Source: Chiloscyllium plagiosum
Taxonomy: Eukaryota
Length of the DNA stretch: 64,000 bases
Direction: 5' to 3'
NCBI RefSeq assembly: GCF_004010195.1
Contig: NC_057749.1
Location: 6,779,416 to 6,843,415, forward strand
This document shows positions 12,191 through 25,821 of the stretch, piece after piece. Every line of letters begins with the position of its first letter. The first letter of the stretch is position 1. Under the pieces are notes generated by a model. It saw nothing but the letters and a program-made list of their open reading frames with translations, was not told where the DNA came from and ran no database searches. A program made the translations under genes and the position numbers.

Positions 12191-13244
12191 TCTATTGGTT
12201 TCTGTATTAGAAATAATGAAACAAACCCGAGTGATCATAATCTTTTGGTATATGTGCAAAGAATCTGAAAATAATAGTACAGTAGACACTTAGCCGAAGG
12301 ATACCAGGACTGAAATGTTTTTGGGATGAAGTTAAACTTACTTGTCCCAGACCTACGGGTGAAGCAGAGAAGGATAATGGAGATTGTCATAATTAGGTTT
12401 TGTGAAAGTTTCTCTCCACAGTTTAGCAAAACGTTAATGAGAAAAATAGAATCAACATAATTCTGAGCAAAATGGAGCAGCATAATGTGGAGAATTACTT
12501 TTGAACATATGGTCATTTAGAACTCAAAATGCTTTACTGGAAGTGGCTACTGAGGCGGAAACCAACTGATTATTTAAAAGGAAATCGAATTAATATTTGA
12601 ATGGAAAACAATGTGCCAGGGTATTTGGAAAGTCCAGGGAAGTAGAATTACATTGAATGATGCCAACAGAAGAACTATCATCAATGTTGGTCCAATGGCC
12701 TTCCTTCTGTGTTGTAATTACAATTGTTCTACCGATGGGGTGAGAGCCTCTTGAGAAAAGAAATGCAAAGATTTTTTCTTTGCCCTTACTGGCAAAACAA
12801 ATTCAACAAACAATGCAATTATAATGGCCTTGAATATCCTCGGATCAACCATTACCTCCTGCTGAAACTTAGGTGTTAGACCAGCAGAATACCAAAGAAA
12901 CTGAGAAGATACAAAACCTCAATAGCTAATTTCATAATAAGGAGGCATTTCATCAGTCTCCATTAGGTTTATGAACCAGAAAGAAAATCTTATTAAAATA
13001 TGTAATGTGCAATTTAAAGATTAAGCAAACTATGTGATGATAATGTAAATATAATGGAACACAGATTATGTACAGTGATAAGGTGAGTTTTGTATGTGCA
13101 GTGTGGTAATGGAAAATAACTTTCTGGTCTAACTGGAAAAAGCTCTTTCATTGAACTACAAGAAGTTCATTGCAATTTATTGGAGGTTACATTGCTATAA
13201 TAGAGATTGTTACAGCGATCTTGACACTCCTGTTGACACTTGAC

Positions 13245-14275
13245 CAAAGCTTCCTTCTTTCAAGACCATAATTTCCCCTCCCACATGGTTGAAGATGCCC
13301 TCCAATGCATCTCATCCAAGCCCCCCACTTCCAACTTCGAACCCCACCCCTCCAACCGCAACAAGGACAGAACACCCCTGGTCCACACCTTCCACCCCAC
13401 CAAACTCTGCATAAGTTGCATCATCTGGTGACATTTCTGCCACCTACAAATGGACTCCACCAACTGGATATATTTCCCTTGCATCCCTATCCGCTTTCCA
13501 CAAAGACCTTTCCCTCTGTGACTATCTAGTAAGGTCCACGCCCCCCCAACCCACCCTCCCATCCTGGCACTTTCCCTCTGCCACCGCAGGAATTGCAAAA
13601 CCTGTGCCCACACCTCCTCCCTCACCTCCGTCCAAGGCCCCACAGGAGCCTTCCACATCCATCAAAGTTTCACCTGTGAAACACAAATGTCAGTTATTGT
13701 AACCATTGCTCCCGATGCGGTCTCCTTTACATTGGGGAGACTGGACACCTTCTCGCAAAGCGCTTTAGGTAGCATCTCCGGGACACCCACACCAATCAAC
13801 CCCACTGCCCCGTAGCCCAACATTTTAACTCCCCCTCCCACTCTGCTGAGGACATGCAAATCCTGGGCCTCCTCCATCACCACTCCCTCACCACCTATGC
13901 CTCATCTTCTGCTTCGGAACACTTCAACCCCAGGACTTCACCAGTTTCCTCATTTCCCCTCCTCCCACCTTACGCCAGTTCCAACCTGCCAGCTTAGCAC
14001 CGTCCTCATTGACCTGCCAATCATCCTTCCCACCTATCTGCTCCACCCTCCTCTCCGACCAATCACCTTTATCCCCACCACCGTCCAGCTACCTTCGCCC
14101 CAGCCCCAACTCCCTCCCATTTATCTCTCCACCCCGGAGGCTCCCAGCCTCATTCCTGATGAAGGGCACCTGCTCGGAATATCAATTTTCCTGCTCCTCG
14201 GACATTGCTTTTCCTGCACCACTCTAATCTTAATTCTGATCTCCAGCATCTGCAGTGTTAACTTTCACCTACTTG
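13245..14275 (+). mobile_element. Penelope-like element family 1, 3' fragment with GIY-YIG remnant and terminal repeat
   Basis: tgctcccgatgcggtctcctttacattggggagactgga (CSRCGLLYIGETG). Terminus cctgatgaagggc...ctccagcatctgcag. Confidence 0.85.
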
Positions 14276-14414
14276 ACCTAAGCTGTTTTGCCCACAAGTC
14301 CACATGATATCAACATGTTGGGCCATGTTCATGACATTCCTCAATATTAACCCTTTCAGACCCATGTTCAACAGTCGTGAAAAAAAACTTCGATTTAGGT
14401 TTTTAAAAAAAAAC

Positions 14415-15060
14415 CTGTTCATGGGATGTGTTTGCTTCTGGCTACTGCCAACACTTATTGCCCATCCCTAATTGCCCAGTGGGCAGCTAAGAGTCAACCA
14501 CATTTCTGTGGGGCTGGAGTCACATGTAGACCAGATAAGAACAACAATTGTCTTGCTTCCTTCCCGAAGTGACATTAATGAGCCAAATCGGTTTTCCCAA
14601 ACAATTATTTCATGGCCCACATTAGACTCTTAATTCCAGACCTTTTTTTAACTAACTTCAACTTCACCATCTCCCATGATGGGATTCAAACCTGGGTCTG
14701 TAGAACAGTACCTGGGTTGCTGGATTAATAATCGAATGACAATACCACTAGGCCAACACCTTCCTGTTGCTAACTCCTTTGCAATGATTGCACTTGTTAA
14801 GCTTTCTTTTATTCTTTCATGGGCTGAAACTCTTGTTGGCAAGCCCAGCTTTTGTTGCCCAATCCTAATTGCCCCTAAACTGATTGAATTGCTAGGGCAT
14901 TTCAGAGGGCAGTTAAGAGTCAAGCATATTGCTGTGGGTCTGGAGTCACATGTAGGTGAAATCAGGAAATGACAGCAGATTCCCTTCCTAAAGGTTTTAG
15001 AGAACCAGATGGGTTTTTATGATAGTCAATTATGGGTTCATGGTCACCATTATTAGTAGG
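14415..15060 (-). mobile_element. Two copies of tRNA-headed SINE family B
   Basis: Shared body gagtcaaccaca...ggagtcacatgtag. B-box-like gggattcaaacc. Confidence 0.75.
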
Positions 15061-17114
15061 CTACATAATTAATTTGATGACATTTGAGTGCAAACATTTT
15101 TCCTCTTCCACTGTACAATGCATCACTTCATAAAGTCTGTATACTGTGGAAACAGGCCATTCAGTCCATTGCATCCAGACTACCCCTCAGAACAACATCC
15201 CACTCTATCCCAGTGACCCTGCATTTCCCATGTCTAATCTACTTGCCCATCTTTGGCCTGTGGGAAGAAACCCACAGAAAGAAAATGGAAACCCCACACA
15301 GACATTCACCTAGGACTGGGATTAAACCCACATCCCTGGTACTGTGAAGCAGCAGTGCTAACCACTGAACCACCATGCCACATAAGTTCAGTTTTATCTG
15401 ACATCTATCATGGCCATTCAGAAATTTTTGATGAATTTACTTTAGCCATCTCACCGGAGCACTTTGGATGAACCGTTAAAACATTTGCCTTGGTTCGTCC
15501 AATTTCAATCCAAAGTTTGAGAAGTTGAAATGGACAATGCTCACAGTCAACTGAATGTTCTTTCACTCTGATTTCAAACCTTTCACAGAAACAGCTCACC
15601 GGTGAGCTCACAATGACAAGGGTCCATCCACAGAAAGCTACAGCCCCCTTATCACTTTATTGGTTTCTTGAATGATTACAGTGTTGGCATTTCCATTGAG
15701 CATCATGTTGACATCAGAATCGACAGTCCGGAGCTAATACAGACAGTAAAAGATGAAGAGAAATTGCTGCAGTGATTTCATTTATATCAGGTTTAACTAA
15801 GTCCGACCAGACCTTGGGGAGCTATAATCTTTTGAATTATTACATAATCCTAACTATTATAAAGGGAGAAAGCTAATTATAAGGATTTACTACAACTTAC
15901 TGTTGCTTCCATGCAAGGCCAGAAGATTGTTGGAATATAAATTATGAGCAGCATTCCTTTCATGAGAATGGCTACAAAAGCCTTGGGTAACAATCTTGAT
16001 TTAAGTTATTGAATCAGTATGGTGTACTATGGAAGCAGTGCTAAGGAATTCTCTCTGGTTGCTTCTTGCCTTGCAATTTTAAAGCAAAAAGTAAAATAAT
16101 TTGAGGTTATCCAAAACTCTGCGGGCTCTGTCTTAACAAAAGAGACAAAAAAACTCCAGATGCTGGAACCCAAGGTAGACAAGCAGGAGGCTGGAAGAAC
16201 ACAGCAAGTGCTGAAGAAGGGTTACATCTGAAACGTCAACGTCTCCACCTCCTGATGTTGCCTGGCTTGTTGTGTTCCTCCAGCCTCCTGCTTGTGTTTT
16301 AATGAAAAGCAAGTTATCCTCTGTCACCTCTACGTTCACTGGCCTACAGTGATGCTTTCATAAATAAGGTCCTGATTTCACAATTCCTTTCCAGATTTTC
16401 ACATTCCTCTATTACTTCACCCTCCCCTTTATCTGCAATCACTCCTCAGTCTCATTACCCTCCAAGATATTGATATTCCTCTAATTGAGAAATCCTCATT
16501 GGATTTATCCACCAGCAGTAAGAGTGCCTTGGGCTTAAGCTCTGGAATATTCTCTCTTCATCTCACCACCTTTCTACCTCAACTTACTCTTTTAAGACGC
16601 TCCTTAAAGACATCTTTAAACAAGATTTTGGTCACCTGACCTAGTATCTTCTTATGTAGCTTAGTTCAATAATCAATTTTATGATGCTCTTGTGAAGTGT
16701 TGTGGGACATTTCATTGAGCCTAAGGTGCTTTGTGAACATAAGTTGTTGTTGTTGAACTCATACCATTTTTATTGATACAGTGTTGGGAGTTTACTTCAA
16801 AACTCATTCATGAAGCAACCAAGTTTAATTTGATGTAAGTTTACAGAGTGGACACCAAGATACATTGGAAGTGAAGAAGCTTTGCATTAAAGGCGTCGCA
16901 CAAATGTACATTGATACTGTGGAGATGTTTTGATGGGCACATATTAAATATCTTCCTTTGTGATATGTAGGATTAAGTGTCAGATTGAGGAAGACATTTC
17001 CCTTCTATATACATGTACAAATCAAACCATCCATGATCTGGTCATTTGCCTGAGTTCAAAATTTATTGTGTTCCATTCAAATTTCACAACATACAAGGCG
17101 ACGGGCTAAGTGTG

Positions 17115-17350
17115 ACAGAGTCATACAATACAGAATCAGACCCTTCGGTCCAACTCGTCCACGTCGACCAAGAATCCTAGTCTGACCTAGTCCCATTTGC
17201 CAACATTGGGCCCATCTCCCTCTAAACCCTTCCAATTCACGTACCCATCCATATGTCTTTTATATGTTGTAATTGTACCAGCCTCCACCACCTCTTCTGG
17301 CAACTCATTCCATACATGCACCACCCTCTGCATGAAAAAGTTACCTCTCA
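17115..17350 (-). mobile_element. CR1 3' end
   Basis: CR1 tail and 3' UTR. Confidence 0.75.
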
Positions 17351-17879
17351 AGGTGCTGATGCGTGGACTTGATGGGCCAAAGGGCCTGTTTCAATGTTGT
17401 CAAAACACTATGGCTGTACAAAAGCTCAACTGCTGCTTAAACTCTTGTCTTTGACCTCTTGTCAATGTCACTTACAGCCTTTGACTACAATCTGCATTCT
17501 ATTTGTTGGCAACTACTCAGCCTCTCGATATAGCGGTTTGTATCATGGACACAAATGTTAAAACAACCTGCTAACTCATGCGTAATGATGCTATGAGGAT
17601 GCTGTTCATAGATCATGGAAGATTGCGTCTGCACAAAAATTATTTGCGCTTTTAGAGTTTTTAATCAATATATCCTCCACCTTCAAGAAGTGTTTCACAG
17701 GTTCAGAAGCGGTCGCACAATGTCATGTGATGGAGCCGGGGTTATGTCTTTCAGAAAATGTGTGTTACTGATTGCAGGTTCACTTGTTACAATATGGCAA
17801 CAGTAACCTCCTCATCCAGCCAGTTACCGTAGAACAGTTCTAACAGAGGCCATGTTAGAAGGAGCACTCCGGCCCTACG

Positions 17880-18360
17880 GTGTTGAAACAGGCCATTCAG
17901 CCCATGGGTCCATACCAACCCTCCGAAGAGCATCCAGCTCAGATTCATCCCCTACCTTAATCCTGTAACCCTACATTTCCCATGTCTAACACACCTAACC
18001 TAGATAAGGAGGTGCCAGTGTTGGACTGGGGTGGACAAAGTTAAAAATCACACAACACCAGGTTAAAGTCCAACAGGTTTATGAGGAAGTACATGCTGTC
18101 GGAGTGCTACTCCCTCATCAGATAGTTAGACATCTAACCTGCACATCCCTGGACACTATTGGACCATTTAGCATGGCCAATCCACCCTAACCTGCACATC
18201 TTTGGACCGTGGGAGGAAAGCCAGAGCATCTGGAGGAAACGCACGCAGGCACAGGGGGAATGTGCAAACTCCACACAGACAGTCATCAAGTGGGTGGAAT
18301 TGAACCTGGGTGTCTGGTGCTACGAGGCGGCTGTGCCAAACACTGGGACACTGTGTCACC
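17880..18360 (-). mobile_element. HE1/V-SINE-like element interrupted by a PLE family-2 terminus (about 18005-18125)
   Basis: V-domain-like tgtgcaaactccacacagacagtc. PLE2 motif aaaaatcacacaacaccagg. Confidence 0.75.
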
Positions 18361-18548
18361 CCCAAAATGGGCCCTTCTTTCGCACATGAAACATCTGGGT
18401 AGAGATTGTCCAGACAACATGAACCGAGGCACCTATATATTCGTGATTGAGTGCACCTTGGGAACCGTAATATCAGTAAAAAAAAAAAGAAATGGGAAGT
18501 CCGATCTGCTTCATTTGTGCCACCTCTTTGCAGCAAGGTCTCGGTGTT

Positions 18549-18566
18549 CTGTTACCATGGTAACAG
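18549..18566. promoter_or_regulatory. RFX X-box, perfect 18-bp palindrome CTGTTACCATGGTAACAG
   Basis: Exact match to the X-box consensus GTTRCCATGGYAAC, in repeat-free sequence. Confidence 0.6.
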
Positions 18567-19129
18567 CCACATTTCAATGCCATCCTTTGAAAGAAGCCAG
18601 GTCCCAATTATGAAACTAATTGTGTTGCTCTCATGTTTGTCAGCTACAAGAGAGCCCAGCATAGCCCAGCCTACTTTGATGCATGAGTCAACTTCAGGAC
18701 CTGGGTGACTCTGCTGATTTCGAGTCCATTTATCCAGTCCACACAAGGCCCTAATTGTGTTGTTTGTTTAATAGTAAGCATCGCGCGCTAATTATCTGCA
18801 GATAATTACAATAAATGCAAACGAGCGGTGGAAAGATCCTCTCAAGTAAAAACAGCCCTTGTGCTATCAAGATAAATGAAAATCATAGCTGATGGCTGTT
18901 TAGCCATTGCATTATCTTTTGTGACTTAGCAAAGTACAGTCATTATCGAGCTGCTGCAGAGACCAATATTATCACAGAGACTAATATTTAGTCACTGCTT
19001 TAGTCATTGGCTTGAAGCACACACAACTGCATTAACATGCTTTTTTAAAAATGTTTTTCCACCATCCTAACCAAGGTGTTCAACTCCAGGTTAATGCGAT
19101 GGGAGAATTACATGGGCAAACGTAAGGCC

Positions 19130-19700
19130 AGAAGATGTAGGCCATTCAGCCAATTGAATCTGCTCCGTCATTCAACGAGATCACGGCTGATCGGATTATC
19201 CTCAACCCCATTTTTCCTGTTTTTTTTTCCCGTAACCCTTGATTCCTTAATTGATTAAAAATCGACTTCAGCCTTAAGTGTACTGAATCACCCAGCCTTC
19301 TGCAGTAAAGAATTTCACACGTTCAAACACCCCTGAGGAAAGAAATTCCTCCTCATCTCTGTCTTAAATGGACAACCCTTTATTTTGAGATTATTCCCTC
19401 TGATCCTCAGCTCTCCCAAAATAGGACACAATTTTCCTCCATTTTTAGGGCATTTTAGTGCCCTATGCAACTTATACATTTCAATAAGGTCGATGGTCAT
19501 TCTTCTAAGGTTCAATGAACACAGGCCCAATCTATTCAACCACGGCTCATAAGACAGTCCCTCCATACGAGTGAACATTCACTTGATGGTGTCCAATGCA
19601 AGTATATAAAGTGTGCAGAACTATCCACAGCAATACAGCTATGGTTTGACTAGTGCCTTATATTGTTTAAGCAAAGACCCCCTATTTTTCTACTCCACTC
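19130..19700 (-). mobile_element. CR1 3' fragment
   Basis: ORF 19315..19578 resembles CR1 RT C-terminus (RLGLCSL...MRRNFF). Confidence 0.8.
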
Positions 19701-19881
19701 AACGTTGACAGTAGTGTTGCCAATAGTGCATGGCATGAGGTGAACCTTTGCATTTTGTGGGGGGAAGCAAGTGGCGAGACTGTTTCCCATCCCCCAACAC
19801 CCCCCCCCCCCTCACTCCCTCCCCAACACCACTGCCCTCCACCCACCCTCCCTCATTAGGAGGAAAGGGCCACTCTGTCAC

Positions 19882-20570
19882 GGTAAAGGTAATGCCCTAG
19901 TGGTATTACTGCTAGAGTGTTAATCCAGAGATGAGAGTGTGTTGCTGAAAAAGCGCAGCAGGTCAGGCAGCAACCAAGGATCAGGAAAATCGATGTTTCG
20001 GGCTGGAGCCCTTCATCAGGAATGCTTCAGGGCAGAGGAGAGGACTTGGGGAGTACAATGAGAGAGGGACTCACTGAGATCTTTGTAGAGAGAGAAGGAG
20101 AACTTCTTGAAGGTAGGCATCCTTGGAAGAGGCTTCGCAGTGAGGTTGAATTCAACTAGGAGACAGTGAGGTCTGCAGACGCTGGAGATCAGAGTTGAGA
20201 GTGTGTTGCTGGAAAAGCACAGCAGGTCAAGTAGCATCCGAGGAGCAGGAAAGTTGACATTTCGGGCTGGAGCTCTTCATCAGGAATAATTTTTGGAGGT
20301 CCTGGGTTTGAATCCAACCATGGCGGATGGTGTAATTTGAACTCAGTAAAATTTGGAATTAAGAGTCTAATGATGACTGTGAATTGATTGTTGGAAAAAC
20401 CCACCTGGTTCACTGATGCCCTTTTGGGAAGAAAATTACCATCTTTACCTGGTCTGGCCAACATGTGACCCACAGCAATGTGGTTGACTCTTAACTGCCC
20501 TTTGGACAATTTGGGATGGGTAATAAATGCTGGCCCAGCCAGTGCCGCTCTCATCCCATGAATGAATTAA
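19882..20570 (+). mobile_element. SINE family B (+) interrupted by a tandem PLE terminal-repeat pair (19932-20286, minus)
   Basis: Head ctagtggtatta...taatccagaga resumes at 20287. Tail taaatgctggcc...catcccatgaatgaa. Confidence 0.8.
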
Positions 20571-20669
20571 AAAATAGTCACCATGATTTCGTGGCATCAC
20601 ACTGCTTGGCACTCCAGCAAACTGACTGCCCTTCAGTTGTACTTATTGCTTTCACAAAGCAGGCCATCT

Positions 20670-20972
20670 GATTACATTAGATTCCCTACAGTGTGGAAAC
20701 AGGCCCTTCGGCCCAACCAACCAATCCACATCTACCATCTGAAGTGCAACCCACCCAGACCCACTTCCCTCCAACTAATGCACATAACATTATAGGCAAT
20801 TTAGCATGGTCAGTTCACCTGACCCACACATCTTTGAACTGTGGGAGGAAACCCACATAGACATACGGAGAATGTGCAAACTCCACACAGACAGTCATTC
20901 AAGGTTAGAATTGAAGCTGGGACCCTGGTGCTGTGAGGCAACAGTGCTAACCACTGAGCCATCGGGCTGCCC
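20670..20972 (-). mobile_element. HE1/V-SINE-like element
   Basis: tRNA-like head, V-domain-like core, CR1-like tail. Confidence 0.8.
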
Positions 20973-21574
20973 CTAATTGACTTATTGACTAGAAGCCTCT
21001 TCTATTTCATAGTGTATCCTCTACCACTAATAATTAGACAGGTTCCAGATACTGGACAGAGAGGGAAGGATTGATGGGTACAAGCTACCTCAGACACCTC
21101 TAGCCCAGTATCCTATAATGACGGTGATGGTAAATAACATTTAGATGGTAAATCACTCTTAGTTAGTTTGCAGATGGGTTCTCAGGTCAATAAGATGTGG
21201 TAGGTGGTCTCAGAAAGCTGTAGGGCTGTTCAGAAGCCTTCCAGATTGAGAGGAACAGCAGGTTCTGATGGCAGGTAAGTGTCAGAGAGAATGAAGGCAC
21301 CATCTCACCAACACCTTTTTTGCAATGTCAGTTAAAATGAATGTTCCTGGAGGCAGGGCTTCACCATTTGGGTCCAAGAGAGGGGGAACGTAGGTGAAGG
21401 GCCCCTATATAAGACACGCTTGCCTGGAGAGCTGTCTGTCTGGCTTACTGCTTGATGTCTGCTTCTGGGCATAACTAGCCCCTGCACAGGCAAGACACTT
21501 AAGGCCTGATTGGAAAATCCCATTTGACCTCCTTTACTTGTTTGTAAAAAACTTTTTAAGGAGCAAAACTGAGT

Positions 21575-21880
21575 GGGGCAGCACAGTGGTTAGCAACTGC
21601 TGCCTCATTGGGCTAGGGACCTGGGTTCAATTCCACCTTCAGGCGGCTGTCTGTTTGCGTGGAGTTAGCACGTTCTCCCTGTTACTGCATGGGTTTCCTC
21701 CCACGGACCAAAGATGAGTAAGTTGGGTGGATCGGCCATGCTAAATTGCCCCCATTGTGTCCAGGAATGGGTTAGCCATGGGACATGCAGAGATGAGGGA
21801 TGGATCTAGGTGCCATGCTCTTTGGAGTGTCAGTGCAGACTTGATGGGCTGAATGGCCTTCTTCCGCACTGTATGGATTC
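21575..21880 (+). mobile_element. HE1/V-SINE-like element
   Basis: cagtggttagca...gggttcaattcc A/B boxes. Confidence 0.8.
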
Positions 21881-22574
21881 TGTCACAAGGGAGGTTGCAG
21901 CTGCTGATCCCAATCCTGCCTCCATTAAGATGGCCGGGAGCAATTTTGGGATATTTGCAGTGTCTGTATTTTCAAGCCATGTCCGACTCTGCTCCCCTCT
22001 TCAGCCTATGCGTTCACCCCCGAAAATGTTTTGCACCACCCATGATTTTTTGAAGATCACTAACATTTGGGCAGACCAAGAGGGTTCAATGTCAGAACTT
22101 AACTTTGTCAGGACACACCCCTTTAAATGAAGAATGTATAATTGATTTGCAAAGCTGTTACGCAGAATAACAAGTACTTTAAACATAAATTCATAAAATA
22201 TTCCTGAAGCCAAACAACCAATCATCTGGTGGGAATGTTATCATTCTGTCATAAGGCTGAGTTATTTGCAAGATTCTACTGTCCATGAGTGGTCCCATTT
22301 AGAAGGTTATGGCATAACTCTCTCCTGCCGTATAAGTGCAGTACCTCAAGCTGGCTATCTAAAAACCAGTGGAGCTTGAACACTGGACATGCTTACAGTC
22401 ATACTTACATCATTACTAACCAAGTAAAATTTAAGAAAGATAACTTACCACTACGGTTTGGATAGGTACTGTATTAGTGCGGTGTAGATTTATTAGTTTT
22501 ACACACCATTGTGTCCTGGCCCCCAAGTGACTCTTGACGCCAACTGACTTGGTGTGGCCTAAACAGTCCATGGC

Positions 22575-23125
22575 CTAAGACCATAAGACATAGGAGTAGA
22601 AATTAGGCCATTCAGCCCATTGAGTCTGCTCTGCCATTCAATCAAGGCTGATAAGTTTCTCAACCCCATTCTCCCGCTTTCTCCCCGTAACCCTTGATCC
22701 CTTGACAATCATTAACCTATCTATCGCTGTCTTAAATATTTTCAATGATCTGGTTTCTGCAACTTTCTGTGGCAGTGAATTCCATAGATTCACCTGTCTT
22801 TGGCTGAAGAAGTTTCTCCTTATTTCCATCTAAAAGGCCTTCCCCTTTATTCTAAAGCTATGCCCTCAGGTCCCAAACTCTCCTACCAATAGAAATATCT
22901 TCCCAAAATCTACTCTGTCTAGGTCATTCAGTATTCTGTAAGTTTCTGTCAGATCCCCTCTTATCCTTCTAAGCTCCATTGAGTATAGATCCAGATTCTT
23001 CAAACATTCCTCATATGTTAAGCTTTTCATTCCTGGGCCATTCTTGTGAACATCCTCTGAACACGCGCCAGGGCCAGTACATCCTTCCTGAGATATGGCT
23101 CACAAAACCGTGCACAATACTCCAA
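22575..23125 (-). mobile_element. CR1 3' fragment
   Basis: RRNFFSQRQVNLWNSLP remnant. Confidence 0.85.
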
Positions 23126-23460
23126 ATGCCTCAGCTGAATCTGAAACTGCCCAAGATCGCACAATATCCAAAATTCTAGTCAGCCTCAGTCCTGACAGAA
23201 CTGGATTTGAGTTACTGTATCTGGAGAACTTAGCATTGAGTGGTTGATGATGTTGCCATTAACTAAATACGGTAAACTTCATTTTAACCAGCACCTTATG
23301 AACCAGCACTCTCGATAAGCTGACAAAAATTATATATCTGAAATACTGTGAATCATACTGTATTATTCTGTCCAATTATTATAGATTTTTTAAAAATTTA
23401 TTTACCTCAACGTAAATATACTTGTTGTTCAATTGAATGGCCCCAGGAAATATCAACAGT

Positions 23461-23735
23461 TTAGATTACTTGCAGTGTAGAAACAGGCCCGTTGGCCCAA
23501 CAAGTCCACACTGACCCACAACCCAACCTACATTTACCCCTTCACCTAACACTATGGGCAATTTAGGCATGGCCAATTCACCTAACCTGCATATTTTTGG
23601 ATTGTGGGAGGAAACCCACGCAGACACAGGGAGAATATACAAACTCCACACAGAGAGTCACCTGAGGTGGGAATTGAACCCAGGTTTCTGGCGCTGTGAG
23701 GCAGCAGTGCTAACTGCTGTGCCACCGTGCCACCC
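23461..23735 (-). mobile_element. HE1/V-SINE-like element
   Basis: Near-complete copy with head at 23735. Confidence 0.85.
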
Positions 23736-24977
23736 ATACAGTTGATTCAATTTTGCCTCAATTACTTCTCAGACAATCACTGCTATCCGCAATCTACTCG
23801 CTATCCGAGTACTCTTGTTGCACGTTCAAGTGAGAAAGTTCTCTGCTGGTAAGTTTGATTTAAGGTAAAGTTACATTCTTACTTAAGTGATTTATATTAT
23901 CAATAAAGTATAGCAGTGATGTGCTTACCCTTACATTATGTTTCTATTACTTTGTGTGTGTGTTCACATTGACTATGTGGATCTCTGATTATCCAGAAAT
24001 TTGATTAAGTGGTACACTCCTGGTCCTATCGATGCTGGATAATAAAAGGTTTAGTGTAGCTTAGTTGAGATTGCAAGAGCAAAATTTATCCAGGATGGTG
24101 TTGTAAGCATTGCTTTAATTCCTGCATAAAAAACTACATTGAAGTCATTAGTCTGGACTTAATTCTGGAATGACCTTAAAACCCAGAATAAATTCAAAGA
24201 CCTTTGTGACAGTTATTCCTCTTGGATGGAGATAGAAAATACCTCCAACTTCCCCAAGCCCCAATGAAGTCCCATCTCTCCCCTACCTGTTGTATTCCTC
24301 TTTATCGCCACCTCAAAGAGCAAGAAGGAGGGTTGCAGTGTCACTGTAGCACAGAGGGAGGCCATTTGACCCATCATGTCCATGAACGATCAAATGGTTC
24401 AAGACTTCCACTCATCATTAGGTACACTAACACTGGCAACATTGCAACAAATTCACTGTAAAGTAGGTCACAAAGATTATAACGGGAATTGACGCCATTT
24501 TTTTCTGAGCGTTTTGTCCGTTTCAGAAATCCTGAGGGAGCTATCAAGTGTGTGAATTGCTCAAAAAAATGTGTTCGAAGATCTGACAATTTTTACACAA
24601 GGAACAGGAGACCATTAGAAATTTCATCAGAATTAGTAATTGGCTGATCAAGACATTGTTTAAAATGGTATGTGGTATATTGTAATATTCAATTTGGTTC
24701 ATGCGAACACATGAATCATACAGTAAATCAACAATACACAATAATCCACAAACAACCAGAATTAATGACACTCAGTCAAAGATTATTTTGTTCCTTTAAC
24801 TCTTCCCATTTAAGTTATTCAAATTTACATGAACTGATTACAGGAATACTGCAGAGAAACTCAGAGTGGCCCTTTGACCTATTTTAATCCCTGCCTCATT
24901 GACAGATGTTGATTCCTTTCTGATGTATGACTGGTGGTAAGGACCACCCCAGGCATCTCTTTCGCAAGTGAACAATT

Positions 24978-25745
24978 CATAGAACATAGAACATGGAAGA
25001 ATACAGCACAGTATAGGCACTTCAGCCCTCGATGTTGTGCCGACCTTTTATCCTATTCTAAGATCAAACTAAACTACATACCCTTCATTGTACTATCTTC
25101 CATGTGCCTATCGATATGTCCCCAATGTATTCTGACTCTACTACCACTGCTGGCAATGCATTCCACATATCCACCACTCTCTGTGTAAAGAACCTACCTC
25201 TGACATCTCCCCTAACCTTCCTCCATTTATCTTAAAATTATTACCCCTTGTGATAGACACTTCCACCCTGGGAAATAGTTCTTGGCTCGCTACTCTATCT
25301 ATGCCTCTCAATATCTTGTACACCTCTATCAAGTCACCTCTCATCCTTCTTTGCTCCAATGAGAAAAGCCCTAGCTCTCTCAACCTTTCTTCATAACATG
25401 TCCAGCCCAGGCAACATCCAGGTAAATCTCCTCTGCATCTTAAAGCTTCTACATCCTTCCAATAATGAGACGGCCAGAATTGAACACAATATTCCAAGTG
25501 TGATCTAAACAGGGCTCTACAGAATCTCACGGTTCTTAAACTCAATCGTCCAGCTAATGAAAGCCAACACACCATATGCCTTCTTAACAACCCTATCAAC
25601 TTGGGTGGCAACTTTGAGGGATCTATATACCTGCACACCCAGATCCCTCGGTTCCTCCACACTGCCAAGAATCCTGCCTTTAACCCTGCATTCTGCATTC
25701 AAATTCCACATTCCAAAGTGAATCACTTCACACTTTTCCATATCC
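24978..25745 (-). mobile_element. CR1 3' fragment
   Basis: KCEVIHFG...QVDRVVKKAYGVLAFI...HLEYCVQFW...RMRGDLIEVYKI across frameshifts. Confidence 0.9.
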
Positions 25746-25821
25746 TGATGCTTTTTAAAGTATCCAAACAAAAATGTAATAACCCAATGGGTGCTGAACA
25801 TGTTCAGCCACTTGAATTTAT

